From Verrucomicrobiota bacterium (GTDB lineage Bacteria; Verrucomicrobiota; Kiritimatiellia; CAIQIC01; Lenti-01): a stretch of 64,000 nucleotides of DNA. Shown here piece after piece: positions 17,279 to 27,642 of the stretch (within the stretch, counting starts at the first letter, position 1; each line of letters starts with the position of its first letter). The stretch spans positions 22,257 through 86,256 of the forward strand of contig JAISGX010000036.1 in NCBI GenBank assembly GCA_031262805.1. The letters are read 5' to 3'. A program made the position numbers and the translations under genes. The notes under the pieces are model-generated. The model was given only the letters and a program-made list of their open reading frames with translations, was not told the origin of the DNA and made no database searches.

Positions 17279-19398
17279 GAATTTGTGATTTAGCCAAGGA
17301 ACTAATGACCACGGGCAAGGAATTGCTCGGGCTTCTGCAGGCGCGTGGCTGCAGTGTGCGAAGCACCCAGGCGACCTTGACACCTGAGCTGGAACAATAT
17401 CTGCGGAATGAAATCAACCGCATTTATTACAGCGGAAAAACGCAGGCTCCGTCGGTGGCGGAAGCTCCGGCCGCCGATGCGACGGCGGAGGAGGAAGAAA
17501 CGGCGGGCGATGTTTCCACCGCCGTCGACGCCACACCGGCGGCGGAAGAAGAAGCCCCCGCCACCAGCGAAGCCCTCCCGGAGGAAGAGCCCGACGCCGA
17601 AGAGGAAGAAGCCGCGCCGAAGACCATCGCCGTCAAAGGCCACGTGGTGGTCAAGGAATTGGCGGACATGATGGGCGTGAAGCCCAATGTGCTCATCACC
17701 GCCCTGATGAAAATGAATATTTTCGCCTCCATCGGCATGAAAATCGAATTCAAGGTGGCCGAGAAGGTGGCCGAACAGTTCGGCTTCAGTGTGGAGCACG
17801 AAAAGAAAGTCACCACGCCCCCCCCCCAGAAGGACGAGCCAAAACCAGAGATCGTGGCCGATACACAGGACAATCTGCTCCCCCGCCCTCCCGTCGTCAC
17901 CTTCATGGGCCATGTCGATCACGGCAAAACCTCCCTGTTGGATTATATCCGAAAAGCCCATGTGGCCGCCGGAGAGCATGGGGGCATCACCCAGCACATC
18001 GGCGCCTACCAGGTGGAGCATAACGAGCATGTGATTACATTTTTGGATACGCCCGGCCATGAGGCCTTCACCGCCATGCGGGCACGCGGGGCCAACCTCA
18101 CGGACATCGCCGTGATTGTGGTTGCGGCGGATGACGGCATCATGCCACAGACCAAGGAAGCCATCCAGCATGCCCAGGCCGCCAAGGTGGCCATGATTGT
18201 CGCCATCAACAAAAGCGATCTGCGTTCCGCCAATCCCGACCGTGTGAAACGCCAGCTCCAGCAGATGGGCCTGGCGCCGGAGGACTGGGGCGGGGACTTG
18301 ATCACCTGCGTGGTCAGCGCCAACACCGGCGACGGCATAGACCAACTGCTGGAAATGATTTTGCTCCAGGCGGAAGTTCTGGAACTGAAGGCGAATCCAC
18401 GCCGAAAGGCCCAAGGATATGTCATTGAATCCCGGCTGGAAGCCGGCATGGGCCCCACGGCGAACGTTTTGATCACCAACGGGACCCTACAGCTGAACGA
18501 TGCCGTCGTCTCCGGCTCCTCTTGGGGACGCGTGAAGGCAATGATCAACGACCAAGGCCACAAGGTTCGGACGGCGGGGCCCTCCGCCGCCGTGAAGTTG
18601 CTGGGATTGACCAGCGTGCCGGAACCCGGAAGCGAGTTCCATGTCTATAAAAATGACCGCGAAGCGCGCCAAGTGGCCGACGACCGGGCGGCGGCCGCCC
18701 GGTTGAGCGACCTGGCCGGAAGCGTGGCCCCTCGTACGCCGATGACCCTGGATGAACTGCTACAGGAAAAAGCGGGTAGCGACAAACGGACCTTGAACAT
18801 CATTGTAAAGACCGATGTGCTAGGCTCATTGGAAGCCATCCGGAGCTCGCTGGAAGCCATCAAGAGCGACAAGGTGGATTTGGAAATCATCAGTACGGGA
18901 GCGGGCAACATTTCCGTGAACGATGTGCTGCTAGCCTCGGCCTCCAAAGCGGCTATTCTCGGCTTCCATGTGGGCAAGGACAACGGCGCAGGTGCGGAAG
19001 CCAAGCGAAAGGGCATTGAAATCCGCCTCTACTCCGTCATTTATGAAATGCTGGACGATGTGAAGAATTTGATGACCGGCCTTCTGGACCCCGTCGTCAA
19101 AGAGCACATCAACGGCTATGCCGTCATCCGCCAGATTTTCGACATGGGCAAGCGCGGCAAAGTGGCCGGTTGCATGTGTATGAAAGGGAAAGTCACCCTC
19201 AAGGGACGCGCCCGCGTCAAACGCAAGGACGATGTCCTTTATGAAGGCAAAATCGCTACGCTACGCCGTTTCCAGAACGAAGCAAGCGAAGTGCGCGAAG
19301 GCCAGGAATGCGGCATTGTGCTGGATCATTTCACTCACTTTGCAGAAGGCGACACCATCGAATCCTACGAAATTGAAAAGGTGGCGCAGGCCCTCTGA
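17275..19398 (+). CDS. infB: Translation initiation factor IF-2
   Basis: Ala/Glu-rich N-region, G-domain GHVDHGKTSLLD / DTPGHEAF / NKSD, C-terminal beta-barrels. Confidence 0.95.
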   Translation: MRICDLAKELMTTGKELLGLLQARGCSVRSTQATLTPELEQYLRNEINRIYYSGKTQAPSVAEAPAADATAEEEETAGDVSTAVDATPAAEEEAPATSEALPEEEPDAEEEEAAPKTIAVKGHVVVKELADMMGVKPNVLITALMKMNIFASIGMKIEFKVAEKVAEQFGFSVEHEKKVTTPPPQKDEPKPEIVADTQDNLLPRPPVVTFMGHVDHGKTSLLDYIRKAHVAAGEHGGITQHIGAYQVEHNEHVITFLDTPGHEAFTAMRARGANLTDIAVIVVAADDGIMPQTKEAIQHAQAAKVAMIVAINKSDLRSANPDRVKRQLQQMGLAPEDWGGDLITCVVSANTGDGIDQLLEMILLQAEVLELKANPRRKAQGYVIESRLEAGMGPTANVLITNGTLQLNDAVVSGSSWGRVKAMINDQGHKVRTAGPSAAVKLLGLTSVPEPGSEFHVYKNDREARQVADDRAAAARLSDLAGSVAPRTPMTLDELLQEKAGSDKRTLNIIVKTDVLGSLEAIRSSLEAIKSDKVDLEIISTGAGNISVNDVLLASASKAAILGFHVGKDNGAGAEAKRKGIEIRLYSVIYEMLDDVKNLMTGLLDPVVKEHINGYAVIRQIFDMGKRGKVAGCMCMKGKVTLKGRARVKRKDDVLYEGKIATLRRFQNEASEVREGQECGIVLDHFTHFAEGDTIESYEIEKVAQAL

Positions 19399-19431
19399 TT
19401 CCGGGTACGCGCCCTCCCCCCTATAACGGAT

Positions 19432-19827
19432 ATGAAAGCCGACCGCATCACCCGCGTGAATGAGCTCATCCGGCGGGAGCTGGGCCTCCAGCTCTATCGG
19501 GTGGTGAACCGGCCGGACTTCAATCCTGCCGCCGTCACGTTCACGCACGTTCTCACATCTGTGGATTTGCGAAGCAGCCGCGTACTGGCTTCCGTTCTTG
19601 GAGACCTGCCGGAGCAGGAACGGATGCTGAGAATTCTCAAGCTGCACCGGGTGGATTTCCAAAAAGCCATCCGGGACCATATCGTGCTCCGCTATACGCC
19701 CCATCTGCATTTCGTGCTGGACCATTCCGTGGAGCAAGGCGACCACGTGCTACAACTGCTCAACCAAATGGAAGAAAACGGGGATGTGACTCCGCAAGAG
19801 GATTCTCCGGAAGAACCGCCCCCGTAG
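19432..19827 (+). CDS. rbfA: Ribosome-binding factor A
   Basis: RITRVNELIRRELG...VTFTHVLTSVDLRSSRV, in the canonical position after infB. Confidence 0.85.
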   Translation: MKADRITRVNELIRRELGLQLYRVVNRPDFNPAAVTFTHVLTSVDLRSSRVLASVLGDLPEQERMLRILKLHRVDFQKAIRDHIVLRYTPHLHFVLDHSVEQGDHVLQLLNQMEENGDVTPQEDSPEEPPP

Positions 19828-19857
19828 GCTCCCTGATTTTGTTTCATCCCCTTCTGC

Positions 19858-20592
19858 ATGCCTTCTTCCTCCCCATCCTTCTGCGCCCTCGGCCCTCACG
19901 ACGGCCTGTTGCTGGTCGATAAGCCCTCCGGCCCCACGTCGCATGACATCGTGGCCAAAATCCGGCGGCGGTTTCAACTCCCCAAAGTCGGCCATGGCGG
20001 CACCCTAGACCCCATGGCCACCGGCCTGCTGGTGCTTCTGACCGGAAGGGGAACCAAAATTTCCGAACGCGTGATGGGACACGACAAAACCTATGAAGGC
20101 ACCTTCCGGCTCGGCATCACCACCGACTCGCAGGATGCCGAAGGCCGGGTGCTTGCGCAAGGCGATGCTTCCGGCATCCGGCAGGACCAAATCCTAGAGG
20201 AAATGCAGAAACGGCTGGGCGATCAAATGCAGACGCCGCCCATGGTTTCCGCCATCAAAATCAACGGCGTCGCCCTCTATAAACTGGCGCGTAAAGGGCA
20301 AAGCGTGGAACGACCGCCGAAGCTGATCCATTTGTATCGATTCGAACTGCTGGCATTCACCCCGCCGGATGTCCGCTTCGTGGTGGAATGCACCAAGGGA
20401 ACCTATGTCCGAACGCTGGCCCACGATATTGGCCAAGCCCTAGGCTGCGGCGCCCACCTCGCCCAGCTGCGCCGGACGCACATCGGGACGTTCTCCGTGG
20501 CGGAAGCCCATTCCCTCGAAGCCTTGATGGCCGCCGACACCCTAGAGGGCAAAATCCTCCCCCTAACCGCCGCGTTGCCCCGGCTTGTTTGA
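19858..20592 (+). CDS. truB: tRNA pseudouridine(55) synthase TruB
   Basis: GLLLVDKPSGPTSHDIV...GHGGTLDPMATGLL catalytic Asp motif. Confidence 0.9.
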   Translation: MPSSSPSFCALGPHDGLLLVDKPSGPTSHDIVAKIRRRFQLPKVGHGGTLDPMATGLLVLLTGRGTKISERVMGHDKTYEGTFRLGITTDSQDAEGRVLAQGDASGIRQDQILEEMQKRLGDQMQTPPMVSAIKINGVALYKLARKGQSVERPPKLIHLYRFELLAFTPPDVRFVVECTKGTYVRTLAHDIGQALGCGAHLAQLRRTHIGTFSVAEAHSLEALMAADTLEGKILPLTAALPRLV

Positions 20593-20598
20593 GCCACT

Positions 20599-21882
20599 TT
20601 ATTTTTCCCGGGAAATTTCCGCGCCCAAGGCGCGGAGGCGTTCTTCAATCCGTTCATATCCCCGGTCCACCATTTCCGCTTTTTCAATGGTGGTCGTCCC
20701 CTTGGCGCACAGGGCGGCAATCATCAGCGCCATGCCGGCGCGAATATCCGGGCTTGTGATCATCTGCGCCCGGAGTTTAGCCGGACCGCTGACCACCACG
20801 CGGTGGGGATCGCACTGGACCAGCGTCGCCCCCATTTCCAGCAGCCGATCAACAAAATACAACCGGCTTTCAAACAGTTTTTCAAAAAACAAAATGTTCC
20901 CCTTGGTCTGCGTGGCCAATACCAGCGCGACACTCAACAAATCCGACGGGATGGCCGGCCAAATGCCGTCCTCCAATTTTGGAATGGCGCCGCCCAGATC
21001 TTTTTTCACGCACAGGGTCTGCCGAGCGGGCAGCACCAGCTCATCCTTTTCCAGCACCCATTTCACGCCTAGGCGTTCAAACGCACGTTGCATGACCTTG
21101 AGCGTCAATGGATCAGGCCGCTCCGTCACCGTCAACGTACCGCCCGTCGCCGCCGACGCCGCAAGGAAACTGCCGACTTCAATATAATCTGGCGCCACCC
21201 GATGGCGGGCCCCCTTCAAAGCCGAGACGCCTTCAACCTCAATGCGGTTGGTGCCCAAGCCGGAAATCCGTGCCCCCATGCGGGTGAGCAAAGCGCCCAG
21301 ATCCTGGACATGGGGTTCGCAGGCCGCGTTCACAATGACCGTACGGCCCGGAGCAAGGGTGGCGGCCATCAGGAGGCTTTCCGTCGCCGTGACACTGGCC
21401 TCATCCAACAGGATGTCCGCGCCGCGAAAGGCTTTTTTCCGGGCAAGATGAAAGGCGCCCTCCCGCCAAGCCATTCGTATACCCAGCTGGGCCAACCCGT
21501 CAAAATGAGTATCCAGCCGGCGGCGGCCGATCACATCCCCTCCCGGGGAATAAAGGACAGCCTTGCCATGCCGGGCGGCCAATGGCCCGGCCATGAGGAT
21601 GGCCCCCCGCACCCGGAGACACAGGTCTGCATCCAATGTTGTACTGGACAATCCGGCAGCGCAAATTTCCACGGCATGGTGTTTTCGATGGACCGAAACC
21701 CCTAGGTCCGCCAGCAAATGTAGCATGTTCTCTACATCCAGAATTTGCGGCACATTCTCCAGCACCACTGGTTCATCCGTGAGCAGGCAGGCCGCCAACA
21801 TGGGCAGCACCGCGTTTTTATTGCCCAAGGGCGTAAACATCCCGCCGATAGGTCGTCCGCCGCGAATGATGAAGCGCGCCAT
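20599..21882 (-). CDS. murA: UDP-N-acetylglucosamine 1-carboxyvinyltransferase
   Basis: MARFIIRGGRPIGGMFTPLGNKNAVLP... EPT fold across the full length. Confidence 0.92.
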   Translation of the reverse strand: MARFIIRGGRPIGGMFTPLGNKNAVLPMLAACLLTDEPVVLENVPQILDVENMLHLLADLGVSVHRKHHAVEICAAGLSSTTLDADLCLRVRGAILMAGPLAARHGKAVLYSPGGDVIGRRRLDTHFDGLAQLGIRMAWREGAFHLARKKAFRGADILLDEASVTATESLLMAATLAPGRTVIVNAACEPHVQDLGALLTRMGARISGLGTNRIEVEGVSALKGARHRVAPDYIEVGSFLAASAATGGTLTVTERPDPLTLKVMQRAFERLGVKWVLEKDELVLPARQTLCVKKDLGGAIPKLEDGIWPAIPSDLLSVALVLATQTKGNILFFEKLFESRLYFVDRLLEMGATLVQCDPHRVVVSGPAKLRAQMITSPDIRAGMALMIAALCAKGTTTIEKAEMVDRGYERIEERLRALGAEISREK

Positions 21883-21899
21883 GGCGTCCGTCCTGCGGC

Positions 21900-23750
21900 T
21901 TATTCCACCGTGACGCTTTTAGCTAGGTTGCGCGGCTTGTCAATATCCGCCCCCCGGGCCTTCGCATTGTGGTAGGCGAACAGTTGCAATACAATCACAT
22001 TCACGATCGAGGAATATTCCTCGATGGTTTCCGGCACGGGAATCACATCCTGAGCAAAGGCCCGAGCCTTGTCGTCCCGTTCCGTCACCACAGCAATGAT
22101 GCGCCCCTTCCGTGCCTCGACCTCCTTAAGGTTCGAGATCATTTTGTCATACACCTCGTCCGCCGTCGGCGTACACAGGCAAACCACCGGCAGAAACTCG
22201 TTGATCAAGGCAATGGGGCCGTGCTTCATCTCTCCGGCGGCATATCCCTCTGCATGTTGGTAGGAGATTTCCTTGTTTTTAAGGGCGCCCTCCAGCGCGA
22301 TGGGATAATTGAAACGGCGGCCAAGATACAAGGCGTTGTAACATTCATAATATTTCTGTGAAATGGCGCGGATATCCGCCTGCCGCTCCAACACCCGGTG
22401 AATGGCATTCGGAATTCGTGCCAATTCCGCCGTCAGCTCTCTTTCACGCGCCTCGCTCATGATGCCCCGGAGACGGGCCATGCGGATGGTCAGCAACACG
22501 AAGGCCATCAACTGCGCCGTAAACGCCTTGGTGGAGGCCACTCCGATTTCAGGCCCCGCCTGCGTCGGAAGAGCGGCGTCGCTTTCCCGCAGCAACGTGC
22601 TCCCCGCCACATTGCAGATGCTGAGAACCTTGCAACCCATGGTTCGGGCCAAACGGACGGATGCCAAGGTGTCCGCCGTCTCGCCGGACTGCGAAACCGC
22701 AATCACCAGCGTATGTTCCGGCAGGCGGGGTTCTCGATAGCGGAACTCGCTACCCAGATCCGTCTCGGAGGGAATGCCCACCCAGCGCTCAAACAGCAGC
22801 CGTCCGTACATCCCCGCATAATAGGCGGTCCCACAACTCAACACCAGAATCCGCTGAATGTCCGGCATTTCCGCCGCCAGCAGGGCTTCGGCATCCTCGT
22901 CCAGCCGGACGGCCCCATTTTTGTCCACATGCGTATCCAGCAAGGCGCGCAACACCCGAGGCTGTTCATAGATCTCCTTGAGCATGAAAGTTTCAAACCC
23001 GGCCCGTTCCGCCGCCTCGGCTCGTAACGTCACTTCCTGCACCACGACCGCGGTCGGCGTGCCGTCCAGCCGGGTGAGCGTGACGCCCGACGGACGCAGT
23101 TCGGCCACTTCCCCGTCATTAAGGTAGATCACCTTCTTCACCCGGTTGAGGATGGCGGGCACATCGCTGGCAATGAACTGTTCGCCGTCGCCTACGCCGA
23201 TGATCAACGGAGAGCCGCACCGGGCGGCATAAAAGGCATCCGTCTCCCCCTGGAACACAATGCCCAACGCATATGCGCCTTTGGCGAGCCGTAACGCCTC
23301 CCGGATGGCTTCCACATGGCTTTTACCACCCGGCTTCAGAATTTCCTCAATCAAATGCGGCAACACTTCCGTATCGGTCTGCGATTGGAAGACGTGCCCT
23401 TTCGCTTCCAGATCGGCACGGAGCGAAAGGTAGTTCTCAATGATGCCGTTGTGCACCACGGCAACCCGCCCGCTGCAATCCAAATGGGGATGAGAATTGA
23501 GGGTGGAGGGCTCCCCATGGGTGGCCCATCGGGTATGGCCGATGCCCGGCGAACCGGACAGCGGCTCAGCATCCAACGATTCTTCCAGATTGGACAGGCG
23601 GCCCACCTGTTTGCGTACGGAAAGCGATCCATCCGCCTGGCAAACGGCAATCCCGGCGGAATCATAACCACGGTATTCCAGCCGCTTCAGCCCCTCGATC
23701 AAGAAGGGAACCGCATTTTGGGGTCCAATATAACCTACAATGCCACACAT
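21900..23750 (-). CDS. glmS: Glutamine--fructose-6-phosphate aminotransferase
   Basis: MCGIVGY N-terminal nucleophile, two SIS domains, C-terminal ...VE. Confidence 0.95.
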   Translation of the reverse strand: MCGIVGYIGPQNAVPFLIEGLKRLEYRGYDSAGIAVCQADGSLSVRKQVGRLSNLEESLDAEPLSGSPGIGHTRWATHGEPSTLNSHPHLDCSGRVAVVHNGIIENYLSLRADLEAKGHVFQSQTDTEVLPHLIEEILKPGGKSHVEAIREALRLAKGAYALGIVFQGETDAFYAARCGSPLIIGVGDGEQFIASDVPAILNRVKKVIYLNDGEVAELRPSGVTLTRLDGTPTAVVVQEVTLRAEAAERAGFETFMLKEIYEQPRVLRALLDTHVDKNGAVRLDEDAEALLAAEMPDIQRILVLSCGTAYYAGMYGRLLFERWVGIPSETDLGSEFRYREPRLPEHTLVIAVSQSGETADTLASVRLARTMGCKVLSICNVAGSTLLRESDAALPTQAGPEIGVASTKAFTAQLMAFVLLTIRMARLRGIMSEARERELTAELARIPNAIHRVLERQADIRAISQKYYECYNALYLGRRFNYPIALEGALKNKEISYQHAEGYAAGEMKHGPIALINEFLPVVCLCTPTADEVYDKMISNLKEVEARKGRIIAVVTERDDKARAFAQDVIPVPETIEEYSSIVNVIVLQLFAYHNAKARGADIDKPRNLAKSVTVE

Positions 23751-23803
23751 AACGTATTCAATCCTTTCGGTCCATCACAGCCGATTGCATTCAAATAGTA
23801 TAC

Positions 23804-23836
23804 AAAAAAAACCGGGAATCTTCAACAAATTCCCGG
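23804..23836 (-). terminator. Rho-independent terminator after the prepilin-like gene
   Basis: Minus strand: CCGGGAAT-TTGTTGAAG-ATTCCCGG followed by TTTTTTTT. Confidence 0.75.
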
Positions 23837-23854
23837 CGGAAGGCGAACCACGGA

Positions 23855-24508
23855 CTAGTTGCTACTGGTCTGGATCGGGGTATTAACGACCTGAACCGAA
23901 TTGGTCATGGTCAGGGAGGGATTGAAATATTCGCTGAGCAGTTGCGGCCCCTTCATGGAGAAGGCCGATCCGCCCTTCAGCACCGCCACCATGCCGTCCG
24001 TTCCGAAAGGAGAGCCCTTGCCGCTCTTAAGTTCCAGCCGTTGGCCGGCCTCGGTCGGCAACGAGCTCGGCTGATAGTTCTTCGTGAACAGGAAAGTGGA
24101 GCCTTCCGGCAAATCATCCAGCCCCAGCACGATGCTCCATGCATTGCCCGAATCCTTGAAATCGCTCACGACTTTAGAGCGGATGGCATCCACGCCCTTC
24201 GCCGCGAAAAAGTCAAAGGAAACGTTCATGATTTCATCTTCGACCAAATGCTTGAAATAATCGGTGGCCGTCTTGTAATTGCCATCCACCGGCGGCCAGC
24301 TTTCCGATGCCGAGCCGCCCAACACATACGTATCGATGTTGCCAGCAAAGGCCGATTTGTAAATATTCGCCCCGTTGGAGACCGTCTGAACCAACGCCGC
24401 ACTGGTGAGCGCGCTGTTGACGGCAGGAACGAGGATGGCGGCGAGCATGGCAATGATGGCAATCACCACCAGCAGTTCAATCAAGGTAAACCCAACTTTG
24501 CGCTTCAT
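23855..24508 (-). CDS. Prepilin-type N-terminal cleavage/methylation domain protein (type II secretion pseudopilin / DUF1559-like)
   Basis: MKRKVGFTLIELLVVIAIIAMLAAIL is a class-III signal peptide. Start at MKRK (24508). Confidence 0.75.
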   Translation of the reverse strand: MKRKVGFTLIELLVVIAIIAMLAAILVPAVNSALTSAALVQTVSNGANIYKSAFAGNIDTYVLGGSASESWPPVDGNYKTATDYFKHLVEDEIMNVSFDFFAAKGVDAIRSKVVSDFKDSGNAWSIVLGLDDLPEGSTFLFTKNYQPSSLPTEAGQRLELKSGKGSPFGTDGMVAVLKGGSAFSMKGPQLLSEYFNPSLTMTNSVQVVNTPIQTSSN

Positions 24509-24592
24509 TCTATTCTCCTTAGTTGACGAATCTACACGCATCATACGCCTACAAGGCAAGGAGTCAACTCCATCCGCCAAAAATTATGCAAC

Positions 24593-25099
24593 TCAACCGC
24601 CTGCCGCCCAAGCCCCGGCATAATGATGCGTCACCAAGGCAACCACCAGCCCCAGCATGGCGCCGGCCAGCACCTCCAGCCGGGTATGCCCCAGAAACTC
24701 CACAAGCTTTTCCGGTGAAAACTTATGGTTCCGATAAAACTCTTCCGCCATCTGATTCAGCAGGCGGGCTTGCTGACCAGCCGCATAACGTACGCTTTGG
24801 GCATCAATCATGATCAACGCCAGCATCCCAACCGCCACTGTGAAAATGGCGGAATCAAAACCCGTCCGCATGCCGACGGAAACCGCGCATGCCGCCGCAG
24901 AAGCCGTGTGGGAGCTGGGCATGCCCCCCAAACGAAGCATGAAGCCGTAATCGAACTTCCGCTCCCGTAGAACATAGACCATCAGCTTGATCAGCTGGGC
25001 CGTCAGCCAAGCCACCAGCGCAGCAATCAACGAAATATTATGAGCAATCGCATGGAACATGATGAAGGCCACTGTATCGAACCCCCGCCGCTTCTGCAA
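24593..25099 (-). CDS. Divergent PAP2 / YuiD-like (DUF212) membrane protein
   Basis: GGMPSSHTASAAA motif in a polytopic membrane context. Confidence 0.65.
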   Translation of the reverse strand: MQKRRGFDTVAFIMFHAIAHNISLIAALVAWLTAQLIKLMVYVLRERKFDYGFMLRLGGMPSSHTASAAACAVSVGMRTGFDSAIFTVAVGMLALIMIDAQSVRYAAGQQARLLNQMAEEFYRNHKFSPEKLVEFLGHTRLEVLAGAMLGLVVALVTHHYAGAWAAGG

Positions 25100-25172
25100 T
25101 CAGAAAGGTCAAAAATCCTTCTTGCATGAACCATCAAATTTTGATTCCCTTTCGGCGAAACGAAAGAAATCC

Positions 25173-25736
25173 ATGGGTACCTCTTCCAAAGCGCTTGCAC
25201 AAAAACTGAAAAATGTGGCGGCCTCACAACATGGCTGTTTCACTGCAGCACAGGCCATTGAAGTTGGCTATGCAGACAGTGTCCATTTGTATCATGTGAA
25301 AACAGGAAGCTGGGTCCGCCTTTTTTGGGGGGTGTACCGTTTTTCCGACCTGCCGGAAACCCCGGCGGCACGATGCATGGCCGCCCTGCTGTGGAGCCGG
25401 GATAAAACAGGCAAGGTGCTGGGCATCCTTTCTGCGGAAACGGCTTCCCTGTTGCAGGCCGACTGCCTGACCTCTTCGATGCCCGTTCAAATCTGTGTGC
25501 CCAAAGGATTTCGCCGGACATCTGCAACGCCGAAGGGCATTGTGGTGTTCATTATGGATACAAAAGCACTCAAAACCTCAAAAATCAAAAAAATGCCCGC
25601 ACAGCCGTTCAAACCGAAGAAGAAAGAAACGCCGGAAAAGGCCGGGACGGCGGCCGCAGGCCGGATGGAATCGGGCATGGACATTGCCGATTACTACGAC
25701 CTGCTGGACTATCAAGCCGTCAAACAAACGGATTGA
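25173..25736 (+). CDS. AbiEi-family wHTH domain protein (type IV TA antitoxin-like N-terminal domain)
   Basis: LAQKLKNVAASQHGCFTAAQAIEVGYADSVHLYHVKTGSWVRLFWGVYRF...PAARCMAALLW matches the AbiEi_4 N-terminal pattern (..GvvT..eAl.lG.s...l.rlv..G.l.Rv..GVY). The C-terminal half is Lys-rich and of low complexity. Confidence 0.5.
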   Translation: MGTSSKALAQKLKNVAASQHGCFTAAQAIEVGYADSVHLYHVKTGSWVRLFWGVYRFSDLPETPAARCMAALLWSRDKTGKVLGILSAETASLLQADCLTSSMPVQICVPKGFRRTSATPKGIVVFIMDTKALKTSKIKKMPAQPFKPKKKETPEKAGTAAAGRMESGMDIADYYDLLDYQAVKQTD

Positions 25737-25768
25737 GCCGCCGTTCGCCTTGTGGTATCCTGCGAAAA

Positions 25769-27235
25769 ATGAAACGGTCCTTCTTTCGTGGTTTCCTTTG
25801 GGTTGGGGCTTTTCTTTTTCTATGGGGAATGGTTCCAACGGTCCATGCCCTTTATTTTCGGTTGGATGGAGACCGCTTGTGGCTTCAGGCCGTCCAAACG
25901 CCCCTGGTGGAAATATTGGACCAGTTTTCCCGCGCCGGTGTGAACGTGTTTGTGGATCCCTCCATTCAGACCACCGTGAATGGCAACATCCGCGGCGGGG
26001 ATCTGGACGAAAGCCTCCCGGGCCTGCTGGAGGCATATGACTATCTTCTGACATGGAAAATTCTCCGGGGCCCCCTCGGCCGCGTGCCGAAATTAAAGGA
26101 AATCCGGATTTTCTCCAGAGGAAGAGCCAGCGCGGCACGGCCATTACCTAAACGATCCACCTCCTTTGACGTGACCCGGGGGGTAACCGGAACACAGCCG
26201 GAATTCGTGAAGGACGAGCTACTGGTCGGTGTCCACTCCGGCACCACCTATCGCCAATTCCAAAGCCTTCTGGACCAGATCGGCGGTATGATTGTCGATT
26301 CCCAGGATGGGATCTATTTGATCCGCTTCCCGCCCGGAACAAATGTGGAAGCCCTGCTGGAGCAGCTGCAGCGGAATGCCATGATTGCCCATGCGGAGCT
26401 AAATTATGCCAGCCGGATCGCTCCCAACGAGTTTGCCGCCCTTCCACCGGCCGGACTGCCCCCTATCGTGCCCCCTGCGGACGGTTCCATTCCGGTGGCC
26501 GTGCTGGACAGCGGCCTCCATCCTCAAGCCGGACTTTCCGCCGTTCTCCATTCGGGGCTGGATGCGTTAGATCCCTCGCGCACCCTCTCCGACCCGGACG
26601 GTCATGGAACCCATATGGCCTATCTGGTGAGTGGTCTTTTCACGGCAGACGGCATTCCACCGACGGATGGCCCCCTTCCGCTGGTCGCCATTCGTGCGTT
26701 TGACGAAAATGGACTCACCTCCAATTTCGCTCTATTGCAGGCGCTGGCCCATGCCAAGCAAGCGGGCGTCAAGGTTGTAAATATGAGCTGGGGGTCCGAC
26801 GTCGAGAGCCTGTTCATGCAATCCGTCATCCGCGAAGCCGCGCAACAGGGGTTGCTGCTGGTGGCCGCCGCAGGCAACACGCCGTCGGGAAAGGAAGTCT
26901 ATCCGGCGGCCTATCCCGAGGTTCTCGCCGTCGGGGCAACGGAAGCGGATGGACGCCCCTGGAGCCAATCCAATTATGGCCGTTTTGTCGACCTTTCCGC
27001 ACCGGCCAGAGCGACCTTTCCGACAGACGAAGGCGGAAAGGCCCGATATGTCGGCACATCCATTTCATCCGCTGTGGTGGCGCATGCGTTGGGGCAATAC
27101 TTCAACCAGCATCCCAACGCCTCCGCCTCGGAGGCCGTGCAGGCCCTTCGCCATTCCCTTTCCCCGGCGCCGGCCCCCGGCTGGGGCCAAGGGATATTTG
27201 ACCGCCAAGCTCAAATCCGTTTGCTGGGCCGCTGA
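25769..27235 (+). CDS. S8-family serine peptidase (subtilase) with signal/TM anchor, STN-like N-domain and I9-like propeptide
   Basis: Asp VAVLDSG, His DGHGTHMA, Ser GTSISSAVVAHALG, oxyanion MSWGS. The N-terminal region LQAVQTPLVEILDQFSRAGVNVFVDPSIQ...ESLPGLLEAYDYLLTW resembles a secretin/TonB short N-terminal (STN) domain. Confidence 0.8.
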   Translation: MKRSFFRGFLWVGAFLFLWGMVPTVHALYFRLDGDRLWLQAVQTPLVEILDQFSRAGVNVFVDPSIQTTVNGNIRGGDLDESLPGLLEAYDYLLTWKILRGPLGRVPKLKEIRIFSRGRASAARPLPKRSTSFDVTRGVTGTQPEFVKDELLVGVHSGTTYRQFQSLLDQIGGMIVDSQDGIYLIRFPPGTNVEALLEQLQRNAMIAHAELNYASRIAPNEFAALPPAGLPPIVPPADGSIPVAVLDSGLHPQAGLSAVLHSGLDALDPSRTLSDPDGHGTHMAYLVSGLFTADGIPPTDGPLPLVAIRAFDENGLTSNFALLQALAHAKQAGVKVVNMSWGSDVESLFMQSVIREAAQQGLLLVAAAGNTPSGKEVYPAAYPEVLAVGATEADGRPWSQSNYGRFVDLSAPARATFPTDEGGKARYVGTSISSAVVAHALGQYFNQHPNASASEAVQALRHSLSPAPAPGWGQGIFDRQAQIRLLGR

Positions 27236-27318
27236 CGCCCCTTTGGTTTTTTAACGCTTGTGGCCCCGTGGAGGACGATATAGAGTACTGCATATATGGA
27301 AATTATCAGGAGAAATCG

Positions 27319-27627
27319 ATGAGTACGGAACTGAATAGCCAAACGTTTTCCGGTTTTATTGCCTCCGGCTTGGCGCTGGTGGATTTTTGGGCGCCTTGGT
27401 GTGGACCGTGCCGCATGCAGATGCCGATCATGGATCAAGTCGCCGAACAAATGCCCGATGTGAAAGTCGGCAAGGTCAATGTGGATGAAAATACCGAATT
27501 GGCCGCCCAGTTCGGAGTGAATACCATCCCCTACCTGATCATCTTCAAAGACGGAAAAAAAGTCTCCGATTTTATTGGCATGCGTCAGGCCAATGTCCTA
27601 ACCGACGCCTTGATGGCCGCACGATAG
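27319..27627 (+). CDS. trxA: Thioredoxin
   Basis: WAPWCGPCRMQMP active site, ~103 aa. Confidence 0.9.
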   Translation: MSTELNSQTFSGFIASGLALVDFWAPWCGPCRMQMPIMDQVAEQMPDVKVGKVNVDENTELAAQFGVNTIPYLIIFKDGKKVSDFIGMRQANVLTDALMAAR

Positions 27628-27642
27628 GGCGACCGGCATTCC

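Noticed and set aside
17302-18414. 370-aa minus-strand ORF antisense to infB
   Set aside because: IF-2 G-domain motifs occupy the plus strand. This is a spurious antisense ORF.
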